From contig JBGSVZ010000062.1 in assembly GCA_041752695.1 (NCBI GenBank), positions 1 through 64,000 of the forward strand: a DNA stretch of 64,000 nt. The letters are read 5' to 3'. The stretch's first letter is position 1. Every line of letters starts with the position of its first letter. The notes below the pieces were generated by a model. That model was not told where the DNA came from and made no database searches. It saw only the letters and a program-made list of their open reading frames with translations. Both the position numbers and the translations under genes were made by a program. The DNA comes from Terrimicrobiaceae bacterium. GTDB lineage: Bacteria; Verrucomicrobiota; Verrucomicrobiia; Chthoniobacterales; Terrimicrobiaceae. Positions 17,357 through 27,027 of the stretch are shown piece after piece.

Positions 17357-18802
17357 TTGCGACCTACACACAAACCCACTCACGAATGCGGCGTTTTCGC
17401 CGCTTTTGGCCATCCCGATGCCGCAATGCTCGCGTATTACGGCCTCTTTGCCCTGCAACACCGCGGACAGGAGAGCGCCGGCATTGTTTCGGCCAAGGGC
17501 TCGGACAGTCCGTTCACTCTGCACAAGGGCATGGGCCTGGTCGCGCAGGTTTTTAATCCGGATTCCCTGGCAACCCTGGAGGGCACGCGCGCCATCGGCC
17601 ACGTGCGTTACTCCACCACGGGATCCAGCACGGCCAAAAACGCCCAGCCTTTTGTCGTCGACACGGGCCGCGGGCAGATCGCCATCGCCCACAACGGCAA
17701 CCTGGTCAATGCCGTCCAGCTCCGTGAGGAACTCGAAGCCAAGGGGTCGATTTTCCAGACCACGGTGGACAGCGAGATCATCCTCCACCTACTGGCCCAG
17801 CCCACCGGAAACGGCGGGGCGCTTTCGGCCCTGCGTCGCATCGAGGGAGCTTTTTCCATCGTCATCATGGGCGAACGCGAGATCATTGGTTTTCGCGATC
17901 CCAATGGGTTCCGTCCCCTCTGCCTCGGGAAAAAAGACGGCGCCTACGTGCTGGCCTCCGAGAGTTGCGCGTTTGACCTCATTCAGGCGCAGTATATCCG
18001 CGAGATCGCGCCCGGCGAAGTTGTCATCATCGACAACTCCGGTATCCGCTCGGAGTTCCCCTTCCGCGCTGCCCGCAGCGCGTTTTGTATTTTCGAGTAT
18101 GTCTATTTTGCCCGTCCCGACAGCAACCTGGATGGCGGCAACAACGTGAGCAAGGTTCGCGTGGAAATGGGTCGGGAACTGGCCCGCGAACACCCCGTCG
18201 AGGCCGACCTGGTCGTTCCTGTGCCCGACTCCGGCATTTACGCCGCTCTCGGCTTTTCCGAAGAACTCGGTATTCCGTATTACCCCGCTTTTGTGCGGAA
18301 TCACTACATCGGCCGCACCTTCATCCAGCCCACCCAGCGCATCCGCGATTTTAATGTTCGGGTGAAACTCAACCTCGTCGGCGAGGCCGTAAAGGGCAAG
18401 CGCGTCGTGGTGGTGGACGACTCCATCGTGCGGGGCACCACCGCTCGATCCCGGGTGGTCAATCTCCGCGAAGCCGGAGCGAAAGAAGTCCACATGCGGA
18501 TCAGCTGCCCGCCGCACAAGCACGCCTGCTTTTACGGCATTGATTTCCCGGATCCCGAGAAACTTCTCGCCAACCAGTGCACGATGGAGGAGATCCGCAA
18601 ATACCTGGGGGCCGACTCCATCGGTTACCTCGACATCGACGGCATGGTGCGCGCCACCGGCCGTCCGGAAAGCGGCTTCTGCACCGCCTGCTTCAGCGGC
18701 GTCTACCCGGTGCCCTACGACATCACATTCGACAAACTCGTCATGGAAAAACGGGCCTCGCGCAGCCGCCTTCTTGAGAAAGAAGAGCCCCGTCTCCTCT
18801 GA
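17357..18802 (+). CDS. purF: Amidophosphoribosyltransferase
   Basis: HE|CGVF catalytic Cys, LQHRGQESAG, GHVRYST, VVVDDSIVRGTT and Fe-S cysteines. TTG start inferred. Confidence 0.97.
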   Translation: MRPTHKPTHECGVFAAFGHPDAAMLAYYGLFALQHRGQESAGIVSAKGSDSPFTLHKGMGLVAQVFNPDSLATLEGTRAIGHVRYSTTGSSTAKNAQPFVVDTGRGQIAIAHNGNLVNAVQLREELEAKGSIFQTTVDSEIILHLLAQPTGNGGALSALRRIEGAFSIVIMGEREIIGFRDPNGFRPLCLGKKDGAYVLASESCAFDLIQAQYIREIAPGEVVIIDNSGIRSEFPFRAARSAFCIFEYVYFARPDSNLDGGNNVSKVRVEMGRELAREHPVEADLVVPVPDSGIYAALGFSEELGIPYYPAFVRNHYIGRTFIQPTQRIRDFNVRVKLNLVGEAVKGKRVVVVDDSIVRGTTARSRVVNLREAGAKEVHMRISCPPHKHACFYGIDFPDPEKLLANQCTMEEIRKYLGADSIGYLDIDGMVRATGRPESGFCTACFSGVYPVPYDITFDKLVMEKRASRSRLLEKEEPRLL

Positions 18803-18847
18803 CGTTCCGAGCTTCCCTCTCCCACCTTCGAACTCCGAAACCCGACC

Positions 18848-19870
18848 ATGAAACAAGTGAAAGTAAAGGCCTACGCCCGCGCCGGCGTGGATGTTGATCT
18901 CGGCAACAGCGTCAAACGCACCATCCAGTCCATCGTCCGCTCCACCCACGGCCCTCAGGTCCTCGGGAAAATCGGCGGATTTGGCGGACTTTTCCGCGCC
19001 GATTTTAAGGGCATGAAGGAACCCGTGCTGGTCTCCAGCGTGGACGGCGTCGGCACCAAACTGAAAATTGCCTTCGCCACTGACAAACACGATACCATCG
19101 GACAGGACCTGGTGAATCACTGCATCGACGACATCGCCGTCCTCGGAGCCCAGCCCCTCTTTTTCCTCGATTATCTGGCGTCCGCCTCGCTCGATCCGAA
19201 GGTGTTCAAACACATCCTCACGGGTTTCGCCAAAGCCTGCAAAGCGGGTGGATGCGCACTCATTGGCGGCGAAACCGCCCAGATGCCCGGCATGTACCAG
19301 GAGGGCGAATACGACCTCGCCGGCACCATCGTCGGCGTGGTGGACCGCCCCAAAATGCTGGATGGCACGAAAGTGCGTCCCGGTGATGTGATCATCGGTC
19401 TTGCCTCCAGTGGCCTCCACACCAACGGCTACTCGCTGGCCCGCAATGTCCTCTTCGGCAAGATGGGCCTGAAAGTTTCCTCCCGTCTGCCCGAACTCCG
19501 CCTGCCCCTCGGCGACGAGCTCTTGCGCGTGCACAAAAACTACCAACCGCTCATGGCTTCCCTGCCCGCAGGCCTGCTCCATGGGGCCGCCCATATCACC
19601 GGCGGGGGTTTGGTGGACAACCTGCCCCGCGTGCTGCCCGCTGGCACTCAGGCGAACATCCGTCGCGATTCCTGGACCGTGCCGCCCCTCTTCCGCATCA
19701 TCGAATCGGGCGGCCGGATCGACTCCGACGAAATGTACCAGGTGTTTAACATGGGGATTGGCATGACCCTCATCGTGCCGGAAAAGCGCGCCGCCGAAGC
19801 CCTCAAGCTCACCAAGGGCCGCGCCATCGGGGAGATCGTCAAGGGTTCGGGCAAGGTCGTGTTGGTCTAA
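18848..19870 (+). CDS. purM: Phosphoribosylformylglycinamidine cyclo-ligase
   Basis: YARAGVD, DGVGTK, GGETAQMPG, SSGLHTNGYSL, HITGGG and FNMGIG motifs. Confidence 0.98.
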   Translation: MKQVKVKAYARAGVDVDLGNSVKRTIQSIVRSTHGPQVLGKIGGFGGLFRADFKGMKEPVLVSSVDGVGTKLKIAFATDKHDTIGQDLVNHCIDDIAVLGAQPLFFLDYLASASLDPKVFKHILTGFAKACKAGGCALIGGETAQMPGMYQEGEYDLAGTIVGVVDRPKMLDGTKVRPGDVIIGLASSGLHTNGYSLARNVLFGKMGLKVSSRLPELRLPLGDELLRVHKNYQPLMASLPAGLLHGAAHITGGGLVDNLPRVLPAGTQANIRRDSWTVPPLFRIIESGGRIDSDEMYQVFNMGIGMTLIVPEKRAAEALKLTKGRAIGEIVKGSGKVVLV

Positions 19871-19884
19871 GCATTCCGCCTGCC

Positions 19885-20607
19885 ATGGCCCGCATGATTC
19901 AAGTCATCCTGCGGACCTTCTGGGCCGTCGCGCTGGTTGTTTTTGCCGCTAGCGCGCTCTATCCGGTCGGGACGACGACTTCGCGGGCGGCCGGGGTTTT
20001 GTCGTTCGCTTTTCTGTGGGGCGGTCTCCTGGTCTTCCTCTGGAAACACCACGTTTGGCGTTGGCTGGTGATCGGCGTCACCGCGGCCGTGGCGGTTTTT
20101 CTCCTGCTGCCGGGGCGCCCCACCTCCCCCGAAACCCTGCGCGAAAAATACACAAACTGTCTCCGTCGTTACGAGGGGGTGCGGTACGTCTGGGGTGGGG
20201 AAAGCGCGCTGGGAATTGATTGTTCGGGCCTTGTGCGGAGAGGGCTGATGGACGCGCTGTTTTTGGAGGGCCTCCGCTCCTTCAACCCCGGCCTCGTGCG
20301 AAGTGCGATTTCGCTTTGGTGGAACGACACCACTGCCCGCGTGCTTGGCGATAATGGCCATGCCTCCCCGACGCTTGCCATCTCGGAAACGCCCGAGATC
20401 AATATCCTCGACCACGCTCCTCTCGTTCCCGGCGACCTTGCCGTTACGGCCACGGGCCTCCACGTCCTCGCTTATCTGGGCGACCAAATCTGGATTGAAG
20501 CCGACCCTGGTCTGGAGCGGGTGGTGTTGGCCCAAGCGCCGTCCCAAGAAAATCCCTGGCTCGCCATGCCTGTGAAGATTGTCCGTTGGAAAGTCCTTCA
20601 ACCCTGA
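19885..20607 (+). CDS. Membrane-anchored NlpC/P60 family protein
   Basis: Three N-terminal TM helices; YVWGGE...IDCSGLV catalytic Cys; PGDL...HVLAYLGD. Confidence 0.8.
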   Translation: MARMIQVILRTFWAVALVVFAASALYPVGTTTSRAAGVLSFAFLWGGLLVFLWKHHVWRWLVIGVTAAVAVFLLLPGRPTSPETLREKYTNCLRRYEGVRYVWGGESALGIDCSGLVRRGLMDALFLEGLRSFNPGLVRSAISLWWNDTTARVLGDNGHASPTLAISETPEINILDHAPLVPGDLAVTATGLHVLAYLGDQIWIEADPGLERVVLAQAPSQENPWLAMPVKIVRWKVLQP

Positions 20608-20642
20608 CTGGCCGCATCAGCAGCGGGCATAGCCAGGGCGGC

Positions 20643-22034
20643 CTACACCACAAACTTCCCGGGGTTCAGAAGGTCTTTCGGATCGAGCGCGAGCTTGATG
20701 GTCCGATGCAGGGCGCGGTTTTCTGCGGAGAGGGCCAGTGGCCACCAGCGTTTTTTGGCGAGACCAATGCCGTGCTCTCCCGTGATGGCACCGCCCCAGG
20801 CAATCACCTGGGAAAACAGTTCGTCCAGCGCAGCATCCGCGCGGGCGTGGATGGCGGGGTCCTGGTATTCGCCGACCATGATGTTGGTGTGAATATTGCC
20901 GTCGCCGGCGTGGCCGAAACAGGCGATGGGAAACCCGGAGCGTTTTTGCAGGCCTTGGGCAAAAGCCACCAGATCCACCAGCCGTCCCCGCGGGACAACG
21001 ATGTCCTCGTTCAGTTTTTTCAAGCCGGTCGCTTTCAGGGATGCGGAGAAAGCGCGGCGGAGATCCCATAATTTTTCGCAAGCCGCCTCGGTGGTCGCCG
21101 TTTCTACGGCGGTGGCGTGACTGGCCAGCAAGAGGCGCTTCAGTTCGCGCACCTCGCCGCGCACGCTGGCGGGCTGGCCGTCGATTTCGATCAGAAGGTG
21201 GGCGCCGCCCGGGGGGAATTTTGCGCCGGGTTTAAATTCGCGGGCGGCCTCCAAAGTGAAGGTGTCGGCCACTTCCACGGCGGCAGGAAGGAAGCCATGA
21301 GCAAAAACCTGCTGAATAGCCTGGGCCGCCGCACGCATGGTGCGGAACCCAGCCGAGAGCGCCGCGCGGGCCGGTGGCAGGGGCAGGAGCCGCAAGGTCG
21401 CTTCCGTCACCACACCCAACAATCCCTCCGAGCCGGTGAACAAACCCACCAGGTCGAATCCGGTTTTGTTTTTATGCGTCCGACCGCCGCAGCGCACGAT
21501 GTCGCCATTGGCCAGCACGACTTCGAGCCCGAGCACATAGTTGCGGGTCACCCCATACTTGAGGCACTTCGGGCCGCCGGCGTTTGTGGCGATATTGCCC
21601 CCGATGCTGCAATCCTTCAGGCTGGCGGGGTCCGGTGGGTAGAAGAGGCTTTTGGCGCGGGCCGCGGCCTGGAGGTCGCCCGTGATCACTCCCGGCTCGA
21701 CCACCGCCACAAAATCCGTAGCGCTGATTTCTTTAATGCGCTTCAGCCGGCCCATCGCCAGCACGATACCGCCCTTCGATGGCACGCACCCGCCCACATA
21801 GCCGTAGCCCGCGCCTCGGGTGGTGACCGGAAGACCATGGGCGGCGGCAATCTTCATTACGTGAGAAACCGCCCCGGCATCAGCCGGAAAGACCGCAAGA
21901 TCAGGCTGGTGGGCAGCGAACCACCGGTCCCCTGCCAGGGCCGAAAGCTGGGAAGGCTCGGTGACCACGGCACCGGCACCCAGGCGGCGTTTTAATTGCG
22001 TGGCGGCGGCCCGGACGGGTGTGGACGAAGTCAT
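20643..22034 (-). CDS. FAD-linked oxidase, GlcD/D-lactate dehydrogenase family
   Basis: YPPDPAS, IGGNIATNAGG, GSEGLLG, GHAGDGNIH and GEHGIG motifs. Confidence 0.93.
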   Translation of the reverse strand: MTSSTPVRAAATQLKRRLGAGAVVTEPSQLSALAGDRWFAAHQPDLAVFPADAGAVSHVMKIAAAHGLPVTTRGAGYGYVGGCVPSKGGIVLAMGRLKRIKEISATDFVAVVEPGVITGDLQAAARAKSLFYPPDPASLKDCSIGGNIATNAGGPKCLKYGVTRNYVLGLEVVLANGDIVRCGGRTHKNKTGFDLVGLFTGSEGLLGVVTEATLRLLPLPPARAALSAGFRTMRAAAQAIQQVFAHGFLPAAVEVADTFTLEAAREFKPGAKFPPGGAHLLIEIDGQPASVRGEVRELKRLLLASHATAVETATTEAACEKLWDLRRAFSASLKATGLKKLNEDIVVPRGRLVDLVAFAQGLQKRSGFPIACFGHAGDGNIHTNIMVGEYQDPAIHARADAALDELFSQVIAWGGAITGEHGIGLAKKRWWPLALSAENRALHRTIKLALDPKDLLNPGKFVV

Positions 22035-22128
22035 GGGGTCATCTTACCGCAGGAAAAATCCACAAGTCACTTCCCATGGCGTCCCTGGCATTGCCTTTTT
22101 CCTGCGGGGAAATCACCTTTCCGCAATC

Positions 22129-23106
22129 ATGAAATCCATCGTCGTCCTCGACGCTCACACGCTCAGCCCTCTCCAGCCCGGCGAGCATTCGCCGTTTCAT
22201 CCGAATTGGGACGCATTGGCGGCGTTGGGGGCCCTGCAGCTTTTCCCGCGTTCCCGGCCCGACGAAGTTGTTTCCCGCGCCCAGAACGCCCAGATTCTTC
22301 TCACCAACAAGGCGGTCGTGAGCGCCGACCACATCAACGCGTTGCCCCAACTCGAATACATCGGCGTGATGGCCACGGGCTACAACGTGGTGGATCTCGC
22401 CGCGGCCCGCGCCCGGGGCATTCCTGTGACCAACATCCCCGGCTATGGCACGGCGTCCGTCGCCCAGCATGTCTTTGCCCTGCTGCTCGAGCTGGCGGCC
22501 CGTACGGGCGCGAGCGACGCCGCGGTGAAGAATGGCGACTGGGCCCGCTGCCCCGATTTCTGTTTCACGGTCGCCCCGTTTTTTGAAATGGCCGGAAAGA
22601 CCCTCGGTATTGTCGGCTTCGGCACGATCGGCCACGCCGTCGCACGGATCGGTGCCGCCCTCGGCATGCGCATCATCGCCCATTCGCGCTCGCCGAAGCC
22701 CTGCGATGTCCCGGTCGAATGGGTTTCCCGGGAGGAACTTTTTGCCCGATCGGACGTCCTTACTCTCCACTGCCCGCTCACGGAAGACACTCGGAATTTC
22801 ATCAACGCCGACAGCCTGGCGAAGATGAAACGGTCCGCCTACCTGATCAATACCGGCCGGGGTCCGTTGATCGACGAGGACGCTCTGGCGATGGCTTTAA
22901 AAAACGGCACCATCGCAGGCTTCGGAGGCGATGTGCTCAGTTCTGAACCCCCGACCTGCGGTAACCCCCTGCTCGGCGCGCCAAATACCGTCATCACCCC
23001 TCACATCGCGTGGGCCAGTGTGGAGGCACGCGGACGACTGATGACGATCCTCTCAGAAAACGTGCGAGCTTTCCTCGGCGGGGCGCCCGTCAACATGGTG
23101 AGCTGA
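22129..23106 (+). CDS. D-2-hydroxyacid dehydrogenase (glycerate dehydrogenase-like)
   Basis: ATGYNVVD, GFGTIG, HCPLT, INTGRG and TPHIAWAS motifs. Confidence 0.93.
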   Translation: MKSIVVLDAHTLSPLQPGEHSPFHPNWDALAALGALQLFPRSRPDEVVSRAQNAQILLTNKAVVSADHINALPQLEYIGVMATGYNVVDLAAARARGIPVTNIPGYGTASVAQHVFALLLELAARTGASDAAVKNGDWARCPDFCFTVAPFFEMAGKTLGIVGFGTIGHAVARIGAALGMRIIAHSRSPKPCDVPVEWVSREELFARSDVLTLHCPLTEDTRNFINADSLAKMKRSAYLINTGRGPLIDEDALAMALKNGTIAGFGGDVLSSEPPTCGNPLLGAPNTVITPHIAWASVEARGRLMTILSENVRAFLGGAPVNMVS

Positions 23107-23129
23107 GATAACACGGGACCCTCCGGAGC

Positions 23130-23187
23130 TGTAGCCCGCACCGCCGGGGCGGACCTGTTTGCTCCCGTCCCAGCGGGACGGCCTACA
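23130..23187. repeat. GTAG-class REP-like pair between convergent genes
   Basis: TGTAGCCCG...CGGCCTACA with internal hairpins. Confidence 0.6.
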
Positions 23188-23190
23188 GAA

Positions 23191-23517
23191 CTAACCCTGC
23201 GCTGGCAGGGGCGCGACGCTCTTCCGCATTTCCTGAAGCGACGCCATCAAAAGTCGAAGCGAGGCCGGCACCGCTTTGTACTTCTTTCCGGTTTTTTTCA
23301 CCTGCCCGTTGGCGACCAGCATTTGCAGCTTGTCGTAGGCGCGGAGCCGCAGCATTTCCTCGCCTCCACTGGCGGCGTTGCGTGCTTTCAGTCCGCTGTG
23401 CAGCAGAAGAAACAACGCCTTGAATTCATGCGATTTGTGATCGGAAAGCACCGTCACCAGCTCCTCGGTGATGTTGTCAGGACCGCGACGGGAGAAGCTG
23501 CTGAAATTTAATTTCAT
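23191..23517 (-). CDS. Small basic hypothetical protein (possible winged helix)
   Basis: MKLNFSSFSRRGPD...LRLRAYDKLQMLVANGQVKKTGKKY; helix followed by a wing-like segment. Confidence 0.7.
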   Translation of the reverse strand: MKLNFSSFSRRGPDNITEELVTVLSDHKSHEFKALFLLLHSGLKARNAASGGEEMLRLRAYDKLQMLVANGQVKKTGKKYKAVPASLRLLMASLQEMRKSVAPLPAQG

Positions 23518-23642
23518 ATCCCACTCTCTCACAGTTCCAGGGATTGTCGCGAAATGATTGGCCGGAAGACAAATTAGACCCGCCGATCCCCGCGTTTCCT
23601 CTGTGTTCGCTCCGCTCCTTGTGGTTGGATGCTTCCTTGCCC

Positions 23643-24323
23643 ATGAAACCTCTCCTCACCCTCGCCACCGCCCGGACCCCCGGCGGTGCCGAATTGACTC
23701 TCCACTCGAAGGATACGCATTTTTTCCTCCGGGTGAACCGTGAGCCGCTCATGGCAACGAACGCCCCGGAGTCCGAAAAGGTGATGGCCCAAATCGCGTG
23801 CGAACCTCTCGGCAACCGCCCGGGAGTCCGCATTCTCATCGGCGGCCTCGGCTTCGGGTTCACCCTCGGGCGCGCGCTCGAGCTGCTTGGCCCCGACGCC
23901 ACCGTCCAAGTCGCGGAACTCCTGCCCGAAGTCGTCGCCTGGAATCGCGAGTTTCTCGGCCACCTCAACGGCCCGCTCCTCGACGACCCGCGTGTGCACA
24001 TCACGATTGGTGATGTTTTCACCGTCATGGCCAAAGCCCGCCCGTCAGCCTACGACACCATCCTCCTTGATGTGGACAACGGCCCGAGTCCCATGGTGCA
24101 GAAAAACAACGCCCGCCTCTACAATGCCCGCGGCCTCTCCGCCGTTTTGCGTATTCTCAAACCGGGCGGCCGGGTCACCTTCTGGTCCGCCAGCCCTGAC
24201 CGCGCTTTCGCCGAGCGCCTCACCGACGCCGGCTTTATCGTCGATGTCGTCCCCGCCAAGGCCTACGAACAGGCCAAACGCCACGCCCACACGATTTTTG
24301 TGGCGGACGCGCCCGCCGCGTAG
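23643..24323 (+). CDS. Spermidine synthase-like SAM-dependent methyltransferase
   Basis: ILIGGLGFGFTL and ILLDVDNGP motifs. Confidence 0.88.
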   Translation: MKPLLTLATARTPGGAELTLHSKDTHFFLRVNREPLMATNAPESEKVMAQIACEPLGNRPGVRILIGGLGFGFTLGRALELLGPDATVQVAELLPEVVAWNREFLGHLNGPLLDDPRVHITIGDVFTVMAKARPSAYDTILLDVDNGPSPMVQKNNARLYNARGLSAVLRILKPGGRVTFWSASPDRAFAERLTDAGFIVDVVPAKAYEQAKRHAHTIFVADAPAA

Positions 24324-24341
24324 GTTTTCGGCCGGGGTCGG

Positions 24342-25388
24342 CTAAACGATTTCCTCCCGGTCCACCTCGCCCCGAATGGCCGGAGGCAGGGTGTGAACCC
24401 GGCCGATAATAATGACGGCGTCGCCCTCGTGGAGTTTCTCCTCCATAAACCCCGAGCGGAGAACGCTGCCGTCCGCGCGCTGCAAGGCGATGACCAGCAG
24501 ATGGCCTTCCGAGAGGTTCTGCAGTTCGAGAATGGTCCTGCCGACCAGATGGGTGTGTTTGTGCAGACGCAGCTCATCGATCTCCACGCCAAGGTTTTTG
24601 AGCTCCTCACTGATCAGGCCTCGGTTGTCTCCGAGAAATTTCATCGTCGCCGGACGCGTGATGCTGTGCGCAATCCTTGTGCCTCCGATGCTTGCCGGGA
24701 GCACCACTTCGTCCGCGCCGGCCTGGCGTAGTTTTTTTTCCGTCGAAGGCTGCTCGCCTCGCGCAATGATGCGCAAATGCCGGTTGAGATTGCGGGCGGT
24801 CAGCGTAATAAAGACGTTCAGGGTGTCCTGCGGGAGCACGGTGGCCAGGACGATCGCGCGTTCGATATGGGCCCGCTGCAGGGTCTCTTCCTCCGTCGCG
24901 CTGCCTCGGACAAAGAGATGCCCGCGTTCCTCCGCCAGAGCCAGTCGCTCGTCATCGAGATCCACCACCACAAAGGGGAATTTCGACACACTGAGCTCTT
25001 GCGCGAGGATCTGCCCGATCCGGCCGTATCCGCAGATGATGGCGTGCTGACTGATCCCATCGACCTGTTTGCTTTTTTTCAGTTCTCCAATCGCTCTCAT
25101 AATTTCTCCTTCCGTGACAAATCGAATGACCTCGCCAATGACAAACACCACCGCGCTGGTTCCCCCCACGATGACCAGCATCGTGAAGACTTTTCCCCAT
25201 ACCGTTTCAATGGGTCGGACCTCGCCAAACCCCACTCCAAACATGGTGATGACGACCATGTAGACAGAATCAATCAGATTCCACCCGTAGGCCAGATAAC
25301 CGGCAACCGAGACGGAAAAGACGGCCGTCAGGTAGAGCAGGCTTCGCTGAAACTTATGAAAAATTCCGCCCTTTACCGGAGCGGACAT
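24342..25388 (-). CDS. Potassium channel with RCK (TrkA-N/C) domains
   Basis: Two TM helices around ITMFGVGFGEV pore loop; IICGYGRIG Rossmann motif; C-terminal TrkA-C. Confidence 0.9.
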   Translation of the reverse strand: MSAPVKGGIFHKFQRSLLYLTAVFSVSVAGYLAYGWNLIDSVYMVVITMFGVGFGEVRPIETVWGKVFTMLVIVGGTSAVVFVIGEVIRFVTEGEIMRAIGELKKSKQVDGISQHAIICGYGRIGQILAQELSVSKFPFVVVDLDDERLALAEERGHLFVRGSATEEETLQRAHIERAIVLATVLPQDTLNVFITLTARNLNRHLRIIARGEQPSTEKKLRQAGADEVVLPASIGGTRIAHSITRPATMKFLGDNRGLISEELKNLGVEIDELRLHKHTHLVGRTILELQNLSEGHLLVIALQRADGSVLRSGFMEEKLHEGDAVIIIGRVHTLPPAIRGEVDREEIV

Positions 25389-25506
25389 AACCAATTGGTG
25401 GACATCCCTGCGCGGGAACCTGAATAAGTTTCGCGCCTTTGGCGAGAAAAAGCACCCGCTTATCCTATTGCTGGGTGAGATTAAAAGGGGGGACGATCTG
25501 CGAGAT

Positions 25507-25675
25507 GGCTGAAGGCCTGTTATTCCAAAGCCCGGGTCGAAGGCCCGGGGCTTTGGCCGGAAAAAAAGGCGGCCTGAAGGGCTGCGATAGGATGACTGCC
25601 CCTCCCATGCCTCAATCGCGGCCCTTCAGGCCGCTCGAGATTGACCATCGTGAACCCAGCCCTGCGGACTGGGCT
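25507..25675. repeat. Palindromic dispersed repeat, copy 2
   Basis: CCAAAGCCCGGGTCGAAGGCCCGGGGCTTTGG and CGGCCTGAAGGGCTGCGAT...ATCGCGGCCCTTCAGGCCG. Confidence 0.8.
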
Positions 25676-25773
25676 CTGATACTTCCGCACTTTTGGTGCT
25701 GCTCTTGAACCTCACCCACTTTTAAGCACGCCCCTGTGGCTCGACGGCTCGCCTCGAAAAACCCGCAGTCGCT

Positions 25774-26883
25774 TCAGGCTGCCAGCTCTTCGCCTTGGGA
25801 GGCGATGAGTTCGGCGAACGGGGATGAACGTCTTTTCATCCCGGGCTGGATGGCCGGCAAAATTTCCTCGAGGCTTTCCGCCACCACAAAATCACCCGGA
25901 ACGCACATGCTGCCCAGCAGGGCTATGAGCGGATCCCAGAAATTCACCCCGCTGGCCGTGGGACGATTGAAAATCACTACCGGTTTCTCCTCCATCAGGT
26001 GATGCCTCTGGTGTTTAAAGATCATCAACGCGAGGAGTTCCTGCACGGTTCCCGCACCCCCGGGGCAAATCACAAACGCATCGGAGTTTTCGATCATCAC
26101 CTCCATGCGGGTGTAAATATCCGGCCGCAGCCAGAACGTGGAAAGGCCCTCCGGCAGGCCTTCCAGTTCGATGATGTGCGGAACGTTCGATCCCGCGGCC
26201 CAGCCTCCGGCCTCCACCGAACCTCTCACCACCGCTCCCATGATGCCCGACCGGCCGGCGCCCGACACGCAGCCGATTTTGTTTTCCGCCAGCATCCGGC
26301 CCAGCGCCTCGCCATCGGCCAGGTATTGAGGATCCTCCAATGAGGCCGAGCAAAAGACGCAGGCATTGCCAATGTAGTCGGCGGGCACGGGAGCCTCAAT
26401 CACCTCGGGCTGACTCCCGCCAATTTTATGACGTCCGGCATCGGGAATGCCCTGCGATTTGGCTAGTGCCAGGGTTTCCACCACGGCCTCGGGAGTGTCC
26501 ACCGCGAGCAGAAAATCTTCATGATTTTGCTGCACGGTCCCCATGGCCCGCAGATGCGCCAGCACGTCAAAGAGCGGATTCCAGGACAAATCCTGATTCA
26601 AAATGATGGTGGGTTTGCCCCGCAAGTTTCGGTCGAGGGTTTGAAATCCCACAAAAATCGAAACGGCCTTGAACATGTCTTCGAGCGTCGCTCCGGGCGT
26701 AAAGACAAACGCATCCGACTCGATGATTTTCTTTTCGATATTCGAGAGAGTGATCCGCTGGTCTCCGTTCGAATTGTAAATGTCCCACCCCCCGGCGAAG
26801 AGGAGATAAAGAAGTTTGGCGCGGGAAGCGCGATTGGGGTCCTCGGAACCGAGGACGGTTCCGGAAAGTCTGATTTTTGCCAT
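25774..26883 (-). CDS. LOG family protein with N-terminal extension
   Basis: CVFCSAS, SGAGRSGIMGAV and SDAFVICPGGAGTVQEL motifs. Confidence 0.88.
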   Translation of the reverse strand: MAKIRLSGTVLGSEDPNRASRAKLLYLLFAGGWDIYNSNGDQRITLSNIEKKIIESDAFVFTPGATLEDMFKAVSIFVGFQTLDRNLRGKPTIILNQDLSWNPLFDVLAHLRAMGTVQQNHEDFLLAVDTPEAVVETLALAKSQGIPDAGRHKIGGSQPEVIEAPVPADYIGNACVFCSASLEDPQYLADGEALGRMLAENKIGCVSGAGRSGIMGAVVRGSVEAGGWAAGSNVPHIIELEGLPEGLSTFWLRPDIYTRMEVMIENSDAFVICPGGAGTVQELLALMIFKHQRHHLMEEKPVVIFNRPTASGVNFWDPLIALLGSMCVPGDFVVAESLEEILPAIQPGMKRRSSPFAELIASQGEELAA

Positions 26884-26944
26884 ACAACCTATTATCTGAA
26901 AGAAAGAGCTATAGCATCAAACGTGCCGAAATGCACGGAGAGGT

Positions 26945-27016
26945 GACACGAATTGCACGAATTACCACGAAAGTTCGACGGACGATCTATTCGTAAAATT
27001 CGTAAAAATTCGTGTC
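26945..27016. repeat. CACGAATT-unit inverted repeat
   Basis: GACACGAATTGCACGAATTACCACGAA...TTCGTAAAATTCGTAAAAATTCGTGTC; same architecture as 3314-3513. Confidence 0.75.
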
Positions 27017-27027
27017 TCGTTCTTCTG

